Source of the DNA: an uncultured Mediterranea sp.
GTDB taxonomy: Bacteria; Bacteroidota; Bacteroidia; Bacteroidales; Bacteroidaceae
Assembly (NCBI GenBank): GCA_939791845.1
Contig: CALNEX010000001.1
Span: forward strand, 1 to 52,353
Direction: 5' to 3'
Length of the DNA stretch: 52,353 bases
The position numbers and the translations under genes are program-made. The first letter of the stretch is position 1. The number at the start of each line of letters is the position of its first letter. The notes below the pieces were generated by a model. That model did no database searches. It was not told where the DNA came from and was given only the letters and a program-made list of their open reading frames with translations. Below are positions 39,604 through 50,746 of this stretch, piece after piece.

Positions 39604-42204
39604 ATGAAGTATATGAAGCAAAGATTCCGTATATATTACGTTCTTTTCCTGCTGTTTACGCTTCTTCCGGCCGGTGCATGGGCGCAAATCAGGGGGGTGG
39701 TCACCGACTCGGTGACGCACGAACCGCTGATGCTGGTGAGCATACAATACAAAGGCACCGCCTACGGCACACGCACCAACGAGGAAGGCGAATACCGCCT
39801 GACGGTGCGGCAGGGACTGGACGAGGTGACCTTCTCCTACCTGGGATACGTCACCAAGACCATCAAGTTGAAGCCCGGCACCACAAAGCTGGACGTGCAA
39901 CTATGTCCGGACAACATCGTACTCAACGAGCTGGTGGTGAAGCCCAAACGGGAGCGGTATTCGCGCAAGAACAACCCCGCCGTGGACTTCATGCGCAAAG
40001 TCATCGAGCACAAGAAGGCCCTGAAACTGGAGGAAAACGACTACTACCAGTACCAGAAGTACGAGAAGATGAAGATGTCCCTCAACGACATCACACCCGA
40101 GAAGATGGAGAAAGGCATCTACAAGAAATTCGCCTTCTTCAAGGACCAAGTGGAGGAATCCGCCCTCTCCGGCAAGCTCATCCTGCCCATCTCCATCAAG
40201 GAGACCGCCAGCCGCACCCTCTACCGCAAGGATCCCAAGAGCAAGAAGACGCTGATTGAGGGCATGAACTCGACGGGCATCGAGGAGTTCTTCAACACGG
40301 GCGACATGCTGGGCACCATCCTGAACGACGTGTTCTCCGACGTCAACATCTACGAGGACAACATCCGCCTGCTGCAACGCTACTTCACCAGCCCGATAGG
40401 GCGTGGAGGCATCGCCTTCTACAAGTATTACCTGGAGGACACCGTGATGGTGGACGGGCACGAGTGCGTCCATCTGACTTTCGTCCCCCAAAACTCGCAG
40501 GACTTCGGCTTCACGGGACACCTCTACGTGCAGAAGGATTCCACGTATGCCGTGCGCCGCTGCACCATGAACCTGCCCAAGAACACAGGCGTCAACTGGG
40601 TGGAGTCCATGAGCATCGTCCAGCAGTTCGAGCAGTTGCCGGACAGCAACTGGGTGCTGACCGACGACGACATGACCGTGGAGCTGGGCATCACCAAGGG
40701 CATACAGGGACTGGAGGTGCAGCGCACCACGAAGTACACCGACTATAAGTTCGACCCCATCGAGGCACGCTACTTCCGCCTCAAGGGCAGCATCATCAAG
40801 GAGGCCAACATGTTGTCGCGCTCCGACGAGTATTGGGCCAGCGTGCGCCAAGTGCCGCTGACCAAGAAGGAAAGCACGATGGACCTCTTCATGAACCGCA
40901 TCGAACAGATACCGGGCTTCAAGTATGTCATCTTCTTCGCCAAAGCCCTCATCGAGAATTTCGTGGAGACGGGCGGCAAGAAGCATCCCAGCAAGGTGGA
41001 CATAGGCCCCATCAACACGATGATCACCAGCAACTACCTGAACGGGACGCGCTTCCGCCTCAGTGCCATGACCACGGGCAACCTGCATCCGCACTGGAGC
41101 CTGAGCGGCTATGGCGCCTATGGCACAAAGGACAAGAAATGGTTCTACTCCGGGCAGGTGGCCTACTCGTTCAACAAGCGGGAGTACGTGCTGTGGGAAT
41201 TTCCCAAGCACTACCTGGCCTTCAAATACACCTACGACGTGATGAACCCGATGGACAAGTACCTGGCCACGGACAAGGACAACATGTTCGTGGGATGGAA
41301 ATGGACAAAGGTGGACCAGATGTCCTACATCCGCGACGCCACGCTGACCTACGAGCTGGAAACCAACTCGGGCTTCTCCATGCAGGCCATGGCACGCCAC
41401 CGCAATGACCAACCGGGCGGCAAGCTGGAATATTGGAAGAACGACGGACAGACCCCCGGCGTGCTGGACGAAACCAACACGCGTGTACACGACATGACCA
41501 CCACCGAGCTGGGCGTCACCCTGCGCTATGCTCCCGGCGAGACCTTCGTCAACACCAAGCAGCGGCGCGTGCCCGTATCGTTGGATGCCCCGGTGTTCAG
41601 CCTTTCGCACACAGCGGGTTTCAAAGGATTGCTGGGCGGGGAATACAACTTCAACCTCACGGAGATAAGCCTGCGCAAACGCTTCTGGTTCGGCTCGTGG
41701 GGCAAGCTGGATGCCACGCTCCGTGCGGGTGCCCAATGGAACAAGGTGCCCTTCCCCTTGCTCAACCTGCCCATGGCCAACCTGTCCTACATCACGCAGA
41801 ACAACGAGTCGTTCAACCTCATCAACAACATGGAGTTCCTGAACGACCGCTATGCCTCGGTGGCCCTGAGCTATGACCTGAACGGCAAGTTCTTCAACCG
41901 CATCCCCCTCATCCGCAAGCTGAAATGGAGGGAGATGTTCCGCGTGCGGGCCCTTTGGGGAACGCTGACGGACAAGAACAACCCGTACAAGAACCACGAT
42001 GCGGGCATCTTCCTCTTCCCGATGCGCGACGGGGTGCCCACCAGCCACGTGATGGACCACCAGACACCTTACGTGGAGGCCAGCGTGGGCATTTACAACA
42101 TCTTCAAGCTGCTCCACATAGAGTATGTGCGAAGACTGACCTACACGAACATACCGGGCACCACCAAGTGGGGCATCCGGTTCATGATACTGACGATATT
42201 TTAA
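39604..42204 (+). CDS. DUF5686 outer-membrane protein with N-terminal carboxypeptidase-regulatory-like domain
   Basis: Signal peptide; GVVTDS.T.EPL; YSRKNNPAV; PYVEASVGIYNIFK..HIEYVRRLTY; C-terminal Phe. Confidence 0.85.
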   Translation: MKYMKQRFRIYYVLFLLFTLLPAGAWAQIRGVVTDSVTHEPLMLVSIQYKGTAYGTRTNEEGEYRLTVRQGLDEVTFSYLGYVTKTIKLKPGTTKLDVQLCPDNIVLNELVVKPKRERYSRKNNPAVDFMRKVIEHKKALKLEENDYYQYQKYEKMKMSLNDITPEKMEKGIYKKFAFFKDQVEESALSGKLILPISIKETASRTLYRKDPKSKKTLIEGMNSTGIEEFFNTGDMLGTILNDVFSDVNIYEDNIRLLQRYFTSPIGRGGIAFYKYYLEDTVMVDGHECVHLTFVPQNSQDFGFTGHLYVQKDSTYAVRRCTMNLPKNTGVNWVESMSIVQQFEQLPDSNWVLTDDDMTVELGITKGIQGLEVQRTTKYTDYKFDPIEARYFRLKGSIIKEANMLSRSDEYWASVRQVPLTKKESTMDLFMNRIEQIPGFKYVIFFAKALIENFVETGGKKHPSKVDIGPINTMITSNYLNGTRFRLSAMTTGNLHPHWSLSGYGAYGTKDKKWFYSGQVAYSFNKREYVLWEFPKHYLAFKYTYDVMNPMDKYLATDKDNMFVGWKWTKVDQMSYIRDATLTYELETNSGFSMQAMARHRNDQPGGKLEYWKNDGQTPGVLDETNTRVHDMTTTELGVTLRYAPGETFVNTKQRRVPVSLDAPVFSLSHTAGFKGLLGGEYNFNLTEISLRKRFWFGSWGKLDATLRAGAQWNKVPFPLLNLPMANLSYITQNNESFNLINNMEFLNDRYASVALSYDLNGKFFNRIPLIRKLKWREMFRVRALWGTLTDKNNPYKNHDAGIFLFPMRDGVPTSHVMDHQTPYVEASVGIYNIFKLLHIEYVRRLTYTNIPGTTKWGIRFMILTIF

Positions 42205-42210
42205 GGATAT

Positions 42211-43479
42211 ATGCAACCTCTCGCAGAAAGACTTCGTCCCAAGACCTTGGACGAATACATCGGCCAGAAGCACCTCGTAGGCCCGGGTGCCGTGTTGCGC
42301 CGCATGATAGATTCGGGCCGCATCTCCTCCTTCATCCTCTGGGGACCTCCGGGGGTGGGGAAAACCACGCTGGCGCAAATCATTGCACACAAGCTGGAGA
42401 CCCCCTTCTACACCCTGAGCGCGGTGACCAGCGGGGTGAAGGACGTGCGCGACGTCATTGAGAAGGCAAAGAACAACCGCTTCTTCTCGCAGGCCAGCCC
42501 CATCCTCTTCATCGACGAGATACACCGCTTCAGCAAGTCGCAGCAAGACTCCTTGCTGGGAGCCGTGGAGCAAGGCACAGTGACGCTGATAGGCGCCACC
42601 ACGGAGAATCCCTCATTTGAGGTCATCCGCCCCCTGCTCTCCCGCTGCCAACTCTACGTGCTCAAGTCGCTGGAGAAGGAAGACCTGCTGGAGCTGCTGC
42701 ACCGCGCCATCAGCACGGACATCCTCCTGAAGGAACGGAAGATAGAGTTGAAGGAGACGAACGCCATGCTGCGATACAGCGGAGGGGACGCCCGCAAGCT
42801 GCTCAACATCCTCGAACTGGTGGTGGAGGCCGAGGCACAAGACCCCGTGGTCATCACCGACGCCTTGGTGACCGACCGCCTCCAGCAGAATCCCCTGGCC
42901 TACGACAAGGACGGGGAGATGCACTACGACATCATCTCCGCCTTCATCAAGTCCATCCGCGGCTCCGACCCCGACGGCGCCATCTACTGGCTGGCGCGCA
43001 TGGTGGAGGGAGGCGAGGATCCAGCTTTCATCGCCCGCAGGCTGGTCATCAGTGCGGCGGAGGACATCGGCCTGGCGAATCCAAACGCCCTCCTGCTGGC
43101 CAACGCCACGTTTGATGCCGTGATGAAAATCGGTTGGCCAGAGGGACGCATTCCCTTGGCGGAGTGTACCGTATACCTGGCCACCAGTCCCAAGAGCAAC
43201 TCCGCCTACATGGCTATCAACGATGCGCTTGCCTTGGTACGCCAGACAGGTAATCTGCCTGTACCCTTGCATTTGCGTAACGCCCCCACGAAGCTGATGA
43301 AGGAATTGGGCTATGCCGAAGGCTACAAATATGCCCACGACTATCCCGGACACTTCGTCCGCCAGCAGTTCCTGCCTGACGAACTGAAGGAGCACCGCAT
43401 CTGGCAACCCCAAGAGAACGCCGCCGAGGCTCGCCACAAGGAGCGGATGCAGGCGTTGTGGGGAGAACGGTTCCAATGA
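42211..43479 (+). CDS. rarA: Replication-associated recombination protein A (AAA+)
   Basis: PLAERLRP; WGPPGVGKTT; FIDEIHRF.K.QQD; GATTENPSF; SAFIKSIRGSDPD. Confidence 0.95.
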   Translation: MQPLAERLRPKTLDEYIGQKHLVGPGAVLRRMIDSGRISSFILWGPPGVGKTTLAQIIAHKLETPFYTLSAVTSGVKDVRDVIEKAKNNRFFSQASPILFIDEIHRFSKSQQDSLLGAVEQGTVTLIGATTENPSFEVIRPLLSRCQLYVLKSLEKEDLLELLHRAISTDILLKERKIELKETNAMLRYSGGDARKLLNILELVVEAEAQDPVVITDALVTDRLQQNPLAYDKDGEMHYDIISAFIKSIRGSDPDGAIYWLARMVEGGEDPAFIARRLVISAAEDIGLANPNALLLANATFDAVMKIGWPEGRIPLAECTVYLATSPKSNSAYMAINDALALVRQTGNLPVPLHLRNAPTKLMKELGYAEGYKYAHDYPGHFVRQQFLPDELKEHRIWQPQENAAEARHKERMQALWGERFQ

Positions 43480-43597
43480 AGCACGTTACAAGAGCATTGT
43501 AGCAGTATTCATATAGATATAGAATTACATTTTCAGCCTACAATTTGCAAGCATAAAGAATAAATTCACTATCTTTGTGCCGTCAAAACAAAAAGAT

Positions 43598-45823
43598 ATG
43601 GAAACAAATGCATTCTTCACCCTCGAGGAACGGGCACAGCTCTTCTCCCTCTACCGCAAATTGTTGCAACTCTCCGGAGACACCCTCCAGAAGGAGGATT
43701 GCCGGCAATTGAAGGCCCACCTTGTCCACTCCATCCAGGCCAACCCCCTGCCCCGCGACGTGTTCGGGCTGAACCCCATCATCAAGGACATGCAGACGGC
43801 GGTCATCGTGGCCGAGGAAATTGGGATGCGCCGCGCGTCCATCCTGGGTGTGATGCTGCACGACTCGGTGCGCATAGGCACCTACACGGTCGAGGAAATC
43901 GGGCAGGAGTTCGGTGAGGACGTGGCGGGCATCATCCGCGGCCTCATCCGCGTGCAGGAGCTTTACCTGAAAAGCCCCAGCATCGAGTCGGAGAACTTCC
44001 GCAAGCTGCTCCTGTCCTTTGCCGAGGACATGCGCGTCATCCTCATCATGATAGCCAACCGCGTCAACATCATGCGCCAGATAAAGGATGCGGAGAACAA
44101 CGAGGCACGCCTCCGCGTGGCCAACGAGGCGGCATACCTCTACGCCCCCCTAGCCCACAAGCTGGGCCTGTACAAGCTGAAGTCGGAACTGGAGGACCTT
44201 TCGCTGAAATACACCGAGCACGATGTATATTACCATATCAAAGACAAGCTGAACGAGACGAAAGCCTCGCGCGACCGCTACATCGCCAACTTCATCGCCC
44301 CCATCCAACGGAAGCTGGAAGAGGCCGGGCTGCACTTCCACATCAAGGGACGCACCAAGTCCATCCACTCCATTTACCAGAAGATGAAGAAGCAGAAGTG
44401 CCCCTTCGAAGGCGTGTACGACCTCTTCGCCATCCGCGTCATCCTCGACTCGCCGCTGGAGCGGGAGAAGCAGGAGTGCTGGCAGGTCTACTCCATCGTC
44501 ACCGACATGTACCAGCCCAACCCGAAGCGGCTGCGCGACTGGCTGTCCGTGCCCAAGAGCAACGGCTACGAGTCGCTCCACATCACCGTGATGGGTCCCG
44601 AAGGCAAGTGGGTGGAGGTGCAGATACGCACCGAGCGCATGGACGACATCGCCGAGCGCGGACTGGCCGCCCACTGGCGCTACAAGGGCATCAAAGGCGA
44701 AAGCGGGCTGGACGAATGGCTGACCTCCGTCCGCGAGGCGCTGGAGAACTCGGAGAGCGACCTCGAGGCGATGGACCGCTTCAAGCTGGAGCTGTACGAG
44801 GACGAGGTGTTCGTCTTCACCCCGCGGGGCGACCTCTTCAAACTGCCCAAGGGAGCCACGGTATTGGACTTCGCCTTCCACATCCACACGGCCTTGGGAA
44901 GCCGGTGTATCGGCGCGCGGGTCAACGGCAAGAACGTCCCCCTGCGCCACCATCTGCAGAGCGGCGACCAGGTGGAGGTGATGACCTCCGCCACGCAGAC
45001 GCCCAAGCAGGACTGGCTGAACATCGTCACCACGTCGAAGGCGCGCACCAAAATCCGCCAGGCCCTGAAGGAGATGGCCGCCCGGCAAACGGACTTCGCC
45101 AAGGAGATGCTGGAGCGGAAGTTCAAGAACCGCAAGATAGACTATGACGAAGGCACGATGATGCGCCTCATCAAGCGCATGGGCTACAAGGTGGTGACCG
45201 AATTCTACCAGGCCATTGCCGACGGCGCGCTGGACGTGAACGACCTCATCGACCGCTACCTGGAGCAACTGCGCCACGACACCGCCGACACCCGCGACGC
45301 CGCCATCTACCGCAGCGCCGAAGCCTTCAACCTGACACCCGCCACACCCGATGAAGCCACGACGGGCGGCAAGGAAGATGTCTTGGTCATCGACCAGAAC
45401 CTCAAGGGCTTGGACTACAAGCTGGCCCGCTGCTGCAACCCCATCTACGGCGACGACGTATTCGGCTTCGTCAGCGTCACGGGCGGCATCAAGATACACC
45501 GCACGGACTGTCCCAACGCCCCGGAGATGCGCCAACGCTTCGGCTACAGGATAGTCAAGGCACGCTGGGCGGGCAAGGCCGAGGGCACGCAGTATCCCAT
45601 CACCCTGCGCGTGGTGGGCCACGACGACATCGGCATCGTCACCAACATCACGTCCATCATCAACAAGGAAGATGGCATCAGCCTGCGCAGCATCAGCATC
45701 GACTCCAACGACGGCCTCTTCTGGGGCAACCTGACCGTCATGCTGGGCGACACGGGACGGCTGGAGGCGCTCATCAAGAAGCTCCGCACGGTGAAAGGCG
45801 TGAAACAAGTAACCAGAAACTAA
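43598..45823 (+). CDS. relA: RelA/SpoT-family (p)ppGpp synthetase
   Basis: YAPLAHKLG; KGRTKSIHSI..KM; PKSNGYESLH; EVQIRT; TGS (VFTP.GD..LPKGAT.LDFAF.IH); ACT. Hydrolase motifs look degenerate (IANRVNIMR). Confidence 0.9.
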   Translation: METNAFFTLEERAQLFSLYRKLLQLSGDTLQKEDCRQLKAHLVHSIQANPLPRDVFGLNPIIKDMQTAVIVAEEIGMRRASILGVMLHDSVRIGTYTVEEIGQEFGEDVAGIIRGLIRVQELYLKSPSIESENFRKLLLSFAEDMRVILIMIANRVNIMRQIKDAENNEARLRVANEAAYLYAPLAHKLGLYKLKSELEDLSLKYTEHDVYYHIKDKLNETKASRDRYIANFIAPIQRKLEEAGLHFHIKGRTKSIHSIYQKMKKQKCPFEGVYDLFAIRVILDSPLEREKQECWQVYSIVTDMYQPNPKRLRDWLSVPKSNGYESLHITVMGPEGKWVEVQIRTERMDDIAERGLAAHWRYKGIKGESGLDEWLTSVREALENSESDLEAMDRFKLELYEDEVFVFTPRGDLFKLPKGATVLDFAFHIHTALGSRCIGARVNGKNVPLRHHLQSGDQVEVMTSATQTPKQDWLNIVTTSKARTKIRQALKEMAARQTDFAKEMLERKFKNRKIDYDEGTMMRLIKRMGYKVVTEFYQAIADGALDVNDLIDRYLEQLRHDTADTRDAAIYRSAEAFNLTPATPDEATTGGKEDVLVIDQNLKGLDYKLARCCNPIYGDDVFGFVSVTGGIKIHRTDCPNAPEMRQRFGYRIVKARWAGKAEGTQYPITLRVVGHDDIGIVTNITSIINKEDGISLRSISIDSNDGLFWGNLTVMLGDTGRLEALIKKLRTVKGVKQVTRN

Positions 45824-45837
45824 GCTCTCCAAGGAGC

Positions 45838-46002
45838 CCGCAGGCAGGTCTGGAGGAGGCCTGAAACTAGGACTAGTCCTCGACCCCACCGAGGACTAGT
45901 CCTCAACACCGTCTAGGACTAGTCCTCAACACCGCCTAGGACTAGTCCTCAACGCCGCCTAGGACTAGTCCTAGTTTCAGCCCTCCCCAAGACCGCCTCC
46001 GG
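45838..46002. repeat. MITE-like element: five AGGACTAGTCCT palindromes at 23-bp period inside inverted termini
   Basis: Cores at 45869, 45892, 45915, 45938 and 45961; CTGAAACT...AGTTTCAG ends plus about 20 bp of further imperfect IR. Confidence 0.9.
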
Positions 46003-46029
46003 AAGGAGAAAATCATCCATGTGACCATT

Positions 46030-46401
46030 ATGAAATACGATTACAAAAAACAACTCCGCAGCTTCCGCTACGCCTGGCAGGGCATCCGCCAATGCGTGGG
46101 ACGGGAGCAGAACCTCAGCTTCCACCTCATTACTACCGTGCTGGTGATTGGGGCTGGCTTCGCCTTCGGCATCACGCGGGGCGAGTGGACAGCCATCTGC
46201 CTCTGCATCGGGATGGTCATAGGCGCGGAATTGTTCAACACGGCCATCGAGCGGCTGGTGGACCTCGTGTCGCCCCAGCGCAACCCCTTGGCCGGGCAGG
46301 TAAAAGACATCGCCGCCGGGGCGGTGTTGGTGTGCGCCCTGGCGGCGATTGCCGTGGGATTGATCATCTTCGTGCCCTATCTGACACGCTTCTTCTTGTA
46401 A
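46030..46401 (+). CDS. dgkA: Diacylglycerol/undecaprenol kinase
   Basis: SFRYAWQG; EQN; ELFNTAIERLVD; KDIAAGAV. Confidence 0.9.
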   Translation: MKYDYKKQLRSFRYAWQGIRQCVGREQNLSFHLITTVLVIGAGFAFGITRGEWTAICLCIGMVIGAELFNTAIERLVDLVSPQRNPLAGQVKDIAAGAVLVCALAAIAVGLIIFVPYLTRFFL

Positions 46402-47309
46402 TAAACGCGGGTGACGCAGAGGTACATCGCCCCGGCCAACGCCATCCACGCGAAAGGCTCCCACAGGGGGAATGCCCCCACGGCCTGCGCATACGCCACG
46501 CCGAACAGCAGGCCCGCGTCCACAAACAGGTTGAACGTCACATTGCCCGTGGCCCGCTGGCAATGGTGGGACAGCTTGACAAACATCCGCACCAGCCACG
46601 GTGCCAACACCGTCAGGAGGAGCAACCAGGCCATCCCGCCCTGCATGGGCAACACCAGCATCCCGCAGGCAAAGGCCAAGATGCCCACGTTCAGCCCCGG
46701 CAGGAGGGCACGCACCAGCAGGTAGCGGTCATTGCTCATCACCGGCAGGCCGATGGGCGCGCGGAAAGGCACGTACATCCACGAAGCCGCCAGCACACCC
46801 GCCGCACCGGCCAGGACAGGCCCCAGCCAATGGTAGGTGCTGAGGGGCATCAGCCACAAGCCGGCCGTCCCGCCCACGACCATGCCCAGCCGGCTGACGA
46901 AGGCATAGACCATGTTGGCCTGCGTGCGGTTTCCCGTATGCACCACGTCGATGCTCAGCGTCAAGGCCGCCGACGTGGCCAGCCCGAAGCATATCCCGTG
47001 CAGCAAGGCCAGTGCCATGTATTGGTGGGGCGTCGAGGCGTATGCGTAACCCACAGCCACGAGCAGCATCCCCGCGAACGGATAGGCCAGCACGTGCCTG
47101 CGGCGGAACTTGTCCGCCAGCCAGGCGTTGAACGCCCCGGCCAACTGTATCCCTACCACGAACGGGAAGCAGATGTCCGCCGCCAGCCCCGAACGCATCA
47201 GGGGCAGCAGCACCGCGTAGGCCGTGGCATAGAGCAGGAAACCCGACACGCACACCAGCCCGAAGTTGCGGTTGTACAAGGGCTTGTTGTCAATACTGTT
47301 CTTTCTCAT
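46377..47309 (-). CDS. MFS-type membrane transporter
   Basis: LYNRNF; WLADKFRRR motif-A-like; multiple TM helices; overlaps the panB end. Confidence 0.75.
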   Translation of the reverse strand: MRKNSIDNKPLYNRNFGLVCVSGFLLYATAYAVLLPLMRSGLAADICFPFVVGIQLAGAFNAWLADKFRRRHVLAYPFAGMLLVAVGYAYASTPHQYMALALLHGICFGLATSAALTLSIDVVHTGNRTQANMVYAFVSRLGMVVGGTAGLWLMPLSTYHWLGPVLAGAAGVLAASWMYVPFRAPIGLPVMSNDRYLLVRALLPGLNVGILAFACGMLVLPMQGGMAWLLLLTVLAPWLVRMFVKLSHHCQRATGNVTFNLFVDAGLLFGVAYAQAVGAFPLWEPFAWMALAGAMYLCVTRVYYKKKRVR

Positions 47310-48111
47310 TGGGGAAATCCAGGTTCTTCACATCGCTGACATAACGGCTGATGGCATCCGTCATCACCGTGTACAGGTCGGCATAGCGGCGCAGGAAGCG
47401 GGGGCGGAAACCGTTGTTCATGCCCAGCATGTCCTGGACCACCAACACCTGCCCGTCCACGTCGCCCCCGGCACCGATGCCGATGACGGGTATGGTCAGC
47501 TCGTGGGAGACGCGCCCGGCCAATGCGGCGGGAATCTTCTCCAGCACCAGGCCGAAACAGCCTGCCTCTTCCAGCAGATGGGCGTCGCGCACCAGCTTCT
47601 CGGCCTCGGCCTCGTCCTTGGCGCGGACGGTGTAGGTGCCATACTTGTTGATGCTCTGCGGCATCAGGCCCAAGTGTCCCATCACGGGGATGCCCGCGCT
47701 GATGATGCGCTTCACGGTGCCGATGACCTCTTCGCCGCCCTCCAGCTTCAGGGCGTCGGCGTGGCTCTCCTTCATGATGCGGATGGCCGATGCCAGGCCC
47801 TCCAGTTCATTGCCCTGGTAGGAGCCGAAAGGCATGTCCACCACCACCATGGCACGCTTCACGCCGCGCACCACGCTCTTGCCGTGGTAAATCATCTGGT
47901 CGAGGGTGATGGGCAGGGTAGTCACGTTGCCCGCCATGACGTTAGAGGCGGAGTCGCCCACCAGGATGACGTCCACCCCGGCACCGTCCACGATCTGGGC
48001 CATGGTGTAGTCATACGAAGTCAACATGGATATTTTTTCGCCCCTCTGCTTCATCTCTACGAGGCGATGGGTAGTTACTTTACGATTGTCTTCTGAAATG
48101 TATCCAGCCAT
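47290..48111 (-). CDS. panB: 3-methyl-2-oxobutanoate hydroxymethyltransferase
   Basis: MLTSYD; LVGDS; DMPFGSY; KLEGG; GHLGLMPQ; IGIGAG..DGQVLV. Confidence 0.97.
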   Translation of the reverse strand: MAGYISEDNRKVTTHRLVEMKQRGEKISMLTSYDYTMAQIVDGAGVDVILVGDSASNVMAGNVTTLPITLDQMIYHGKSVVRGVKRAMVVVDMPFGSYQGNELEGLASAIRIMKESHADALKLEGGEEVIGTVKRIISAGIPVMGHLGLMPQSINKYGTYTVRAKDEAEAEKLVRDAHLLEEAGCFGLVLEKIPAALAGRVSHELTIPVIGIGAGGDVDGQVLVVQDMLGMNNGFRPRFLRRYADLYTVMTDAISRYVSDVKNLDFPNEKEQY

Positions 48112-48129
48112 GATTATAATGATTAGTGT

Positions 48130-48786
48130 TTAGCGATTAGTGTTTGACAATGTATCACACAGATTTTCGTAAGTGAAACCGCGGAAGTCGTCTATGACCC
48201 GATGGCTCAACGGGGCGATGGCTTCGCGGGGATTTGTCGTGGCCACGCCGATGACGAGTGCGCCCGATGCCATGCCAGCCTTCAGCCCGTTGAAGGAATC
48301 TTCGAACACGCAAGTATCGGCAGGCGTGGTGCCGAGGGTACGCATCCCCAACTGGTAACAATCAGGGTCGGGCTTGGAGCGACGGAAATGCTCGGCGGTA
48401 AGGATGCGGTCGAACAAGGCGGGTATCTCCGGACGATGGCGATAGACAGCAGCCATCTTCTGTTCGTTAGAGCTGGTAACTACCGCCATACGCACGTCGT
48501 GGCGGCGCAGGTCGGCCAGGAAATCGAGGATGCCGGGCACGTAGTCATAGGTCATCTGCTCCTCATAACGGACAAGGGCATCGGTCAATGCCGGCCTCAC
48601 CTGCGGGTCGGGAAAGAACTTGTCGTAGATATAGGTCAGCGTCTGTCCTTTGACGCGGTCTCCGAAGCCGGGGTCGCCCAAGTAGTCTTCGCCTATCTTA
48701 TTCCAGAAGAGGCTGTATTGCCCCTCGGTGTCCACTATCACGCCGTCGAAGTCAAAGAGGACGGCCTTACAAAGCGTGTTATCCAT
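48130..48786 (-). CDS. HAD-family phosphatase (beta-PGM-like)
   Basis: FDFDGVIVDTE; VTSS; KPDP; FEDS.NG. Confidence 0.9.
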   Translation of the reverse strand: MDNTLCKAVLFDFDGVIVDTEGQYSLFWNKIGEDYLGDPGFGDRVKGQTLTYIYDKFFPDPQVRPALTDALVRYEEQMTYDYVPGILDFLADLRRHDVRMAVVTSSNEQKMAAVYRHRPEIPALFDRILTAEHFRRSKPDPDCYQLGMRTLGTTPADTCVFEDSFNGLKAGMASGALVIGVATTNPREAIAPLSHRVIDDFRGFTYENLCDTLSNTNR

Positions 48787-48925
48787 AAAACATTGCATTG
48801 TTGTTAAATCGGGCACAAAGGTCTGAAATCTATCCGACAGATGCAAGATATTTCGTACCTTTGCACGGTTTTTTATCCACGGTCAACTCCTATACATTAT
48901 ATAATATATAACGAGACATAAGCGT

Positions 48926-50278
48926 ATGAACCACAACAATCCTCATCTCATGGGCACGGAGCCCATCGGCAAATTGCTGTTGCAATACTCCATTCCTGCC
49001 ATTATTGGCATGACCATTGTTTCGCTCTACAACATCATCGACAGCATCTTCATCGGCCACGGCGTAGGTCCGATGGCCATCGCTGGCTTGGCTATCACCT
49101 TCCCGATGATGAACTTGACGGCGGCCTTCGGCAACCTGGTGTCGGCTGGCGGCTCCACCATTTCGTCCATCCGCTTGGGACAGAAGGACCTGGTGGGCGT
49201 CAACAAGGTGCTGGGCAACACGTTGATGCTCTGCATCGTCAACTCTATCATCTTCGGAGGGCTGTCCTTCCTCTTCCTCGACTACATCCTGCGCTTCTTC
49301 GGCGCAAGCAGCGAGACCCTGCCCTATGCCCGGGACTTCATGCAAATCATCCTGGCAGGCACCCCCTTCGCCTACGTGATGATCGGCATGAACTACGTGA
49401 TGCGTGCCACGGGCCATCCCAAGAAGGCCATGCTGACGTCCATGACCAGTGTGCTGGTCAACGTCATCCTGGCACCCCTGTTCATCTTCCAGTTCGACTG
49501 GGGCATCCGCGGCGCCGCCCTGGCCACGGTGTGCTCGCAGTTCATCGGCATGTTGTGGGTGCTGAACCACTTCCTGAACAAGAAGAGCGACATCCGCCTG
49601 CAACGCCCCTACCTCAAGCTGGAGCGGCGCATCGTGGGGGACATCTTCTCCATCGGCATGTCGCCCTTCCTGATGAACGTCACGGCCTGCGTCATCGTCA
49701 TCATCATCAACAACGCCCTGAGCAACCACGGGGGCGACCTGGCCATCGGCTCCTACGGCATCATCAACCGCCTCTTGATGCTCTACCTGATGATTGTCAT
49801 GGGCCTGACCATGGGCATGCAACCCATCATCGGCTACAACTTCGGGGCCCGCAAGCCCGAGCGGGTGAAGCAGACGCTGCGCCTAGCCATCACCTGGGGC
49901 GTGTGCATCACCACCAGCGGCTTCCTCATCTGCGAATTGTTCCCCCACGCCGTGTCGGCCGTGTTCACCAGCGATGATGTCCTCATCGACATGGCGTCGC
50001 ACGGGTTGCGCATCTGCGTGGCGATGTTCCCGGTCATCGGGGCGCAGATAGTCATCGGCAACTTCTTCCAAAACATCGGCCTGGCCAAGATGAGTCTCTT
50101 CCTCTCCCTGACGCGCCAGCTCATTTTCCTGCTGCCCTGCCTGCTCTTCTTCCCCGGCATCTGGGGCCTGGACGGCGTGTGGGTCAGCCTGCCCGTCAGC
50201 GACCTGCTGGCCTTCCTGACGGCAGTGGCGGCGTTGCTGTGGTATATGAGGAGGCAAAAGCGGGCGGTGACAGATTGA
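48926..50278 (+). CDS. MATE-family efflux transporter (MepA-like)
   Basis: YSIPAIIGM..SLYNIIDSIFIG; NVILAPLFIF; GIRGAALAT; QPIIGYNFGA. Confidence 0.92.
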   Translation: MNHNNPHLMGTEPIGKLLLQYSIPAIIGMTIVSLYNIIDSIFIGHGVGPMAIAGLAITFPMMNLTAAFGNLVSAGGSTISSIRLGQKDLVGVNKVLGNTLMLCIVNSIIFGGLSFLFLDYILRFFGASSETLPYARDFMQIILAGTPFAYVMIGMNYVMRATGHPKKAMLTSMTSVLVNVILAPLFIFQFDWGIRGAALATVCSQFIGMLWVLNHFLNKKSDIRLQRPYLKLERRIVGDIFSIGMSPFLMNVTACVIVIIINNALSNHGGDLAIGSYGIINRLLMLYLMIVMGLTMGMQPIIGYNFGARKPERVKQTLRLAITWGVCITTSGFLICELFPHAVSAVFTSDDVLIDMASHGLRICVAMFPVIGAQIVIGNFFQNIGLAKMSLFLSLTRQLIFLLPCLLFFPGIWGLDGVWVSLPVSDLLAFLTAVAALLWYMRRQKRAVTD

Positions 50279-50700
50279 CATAAGGATATTTTTTAGACAT
50301 AAGAATATAGGGACATATATTTATTTTAGACATAGGAACAGAGGAACATATTTTCAAGTAGGTTTTTAAGGACATAGGAACATAAGAACATATTCTTAAT
50401 AGACAGGAAGAAATGAAAAATACAGAGGATATTATCAGGACCATCATACGATGTGCTTCAAAAGTAAGAAGGCAACTGGCTGCAGGCTTTTTAGAATCAT
50501 CTCACAGCTACACACATAGACGATGGTCTCTTAATCAATTTCGGGGAGAGAAGCTGGAAATCAAAAGGAAATACCGCATATATCGTCCCCCACTCCCTTA
50601 AAGGCATATCCCTATGCCCTATTAAAATATGTCCCTATGTTCCTATGTCCTTAAAAACCTACTTGAAAATATGTCCCTATGTTCCTTTGTCTAAAATAAA
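50277..50700 (+). mobile_element. IR-bounded element (GACATAGGA 9-bp-triplet family) carrying a GxxExxY remnant
   Basis: 75-bp IR 50320-50394 / 50626-50700 with 5 mismatches by manual alignment; extra units at 50277-50319. Confidence 0.75.
50413..50601 (+). pseudogene. Internally deleted, frameshifted GxxExxY (PD-(D/E)XK-like) protein
   Basis: N-terminal IIRCASKVRRQLAAGFLES, then in a shifted frame LTATHIDDGLLINFG, then GEKLEIKRKYR; the central part is missing. Confidence 0.82.
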
Positions 50701-50746
50701 TTTGTTACCTTTGCCCGTGAAACCCTAACTAAAACATCTTAATCTT

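Noticed and set aside
45861-45980. Possible CRISPR array
   Set aside because: 12-bp repeats with 11-bp near-identical linkers, and no cas genes or leader; the geometry does not fit CRISPR. The same applies to the 10.2, 19.5 and 37.4-kb arrays.
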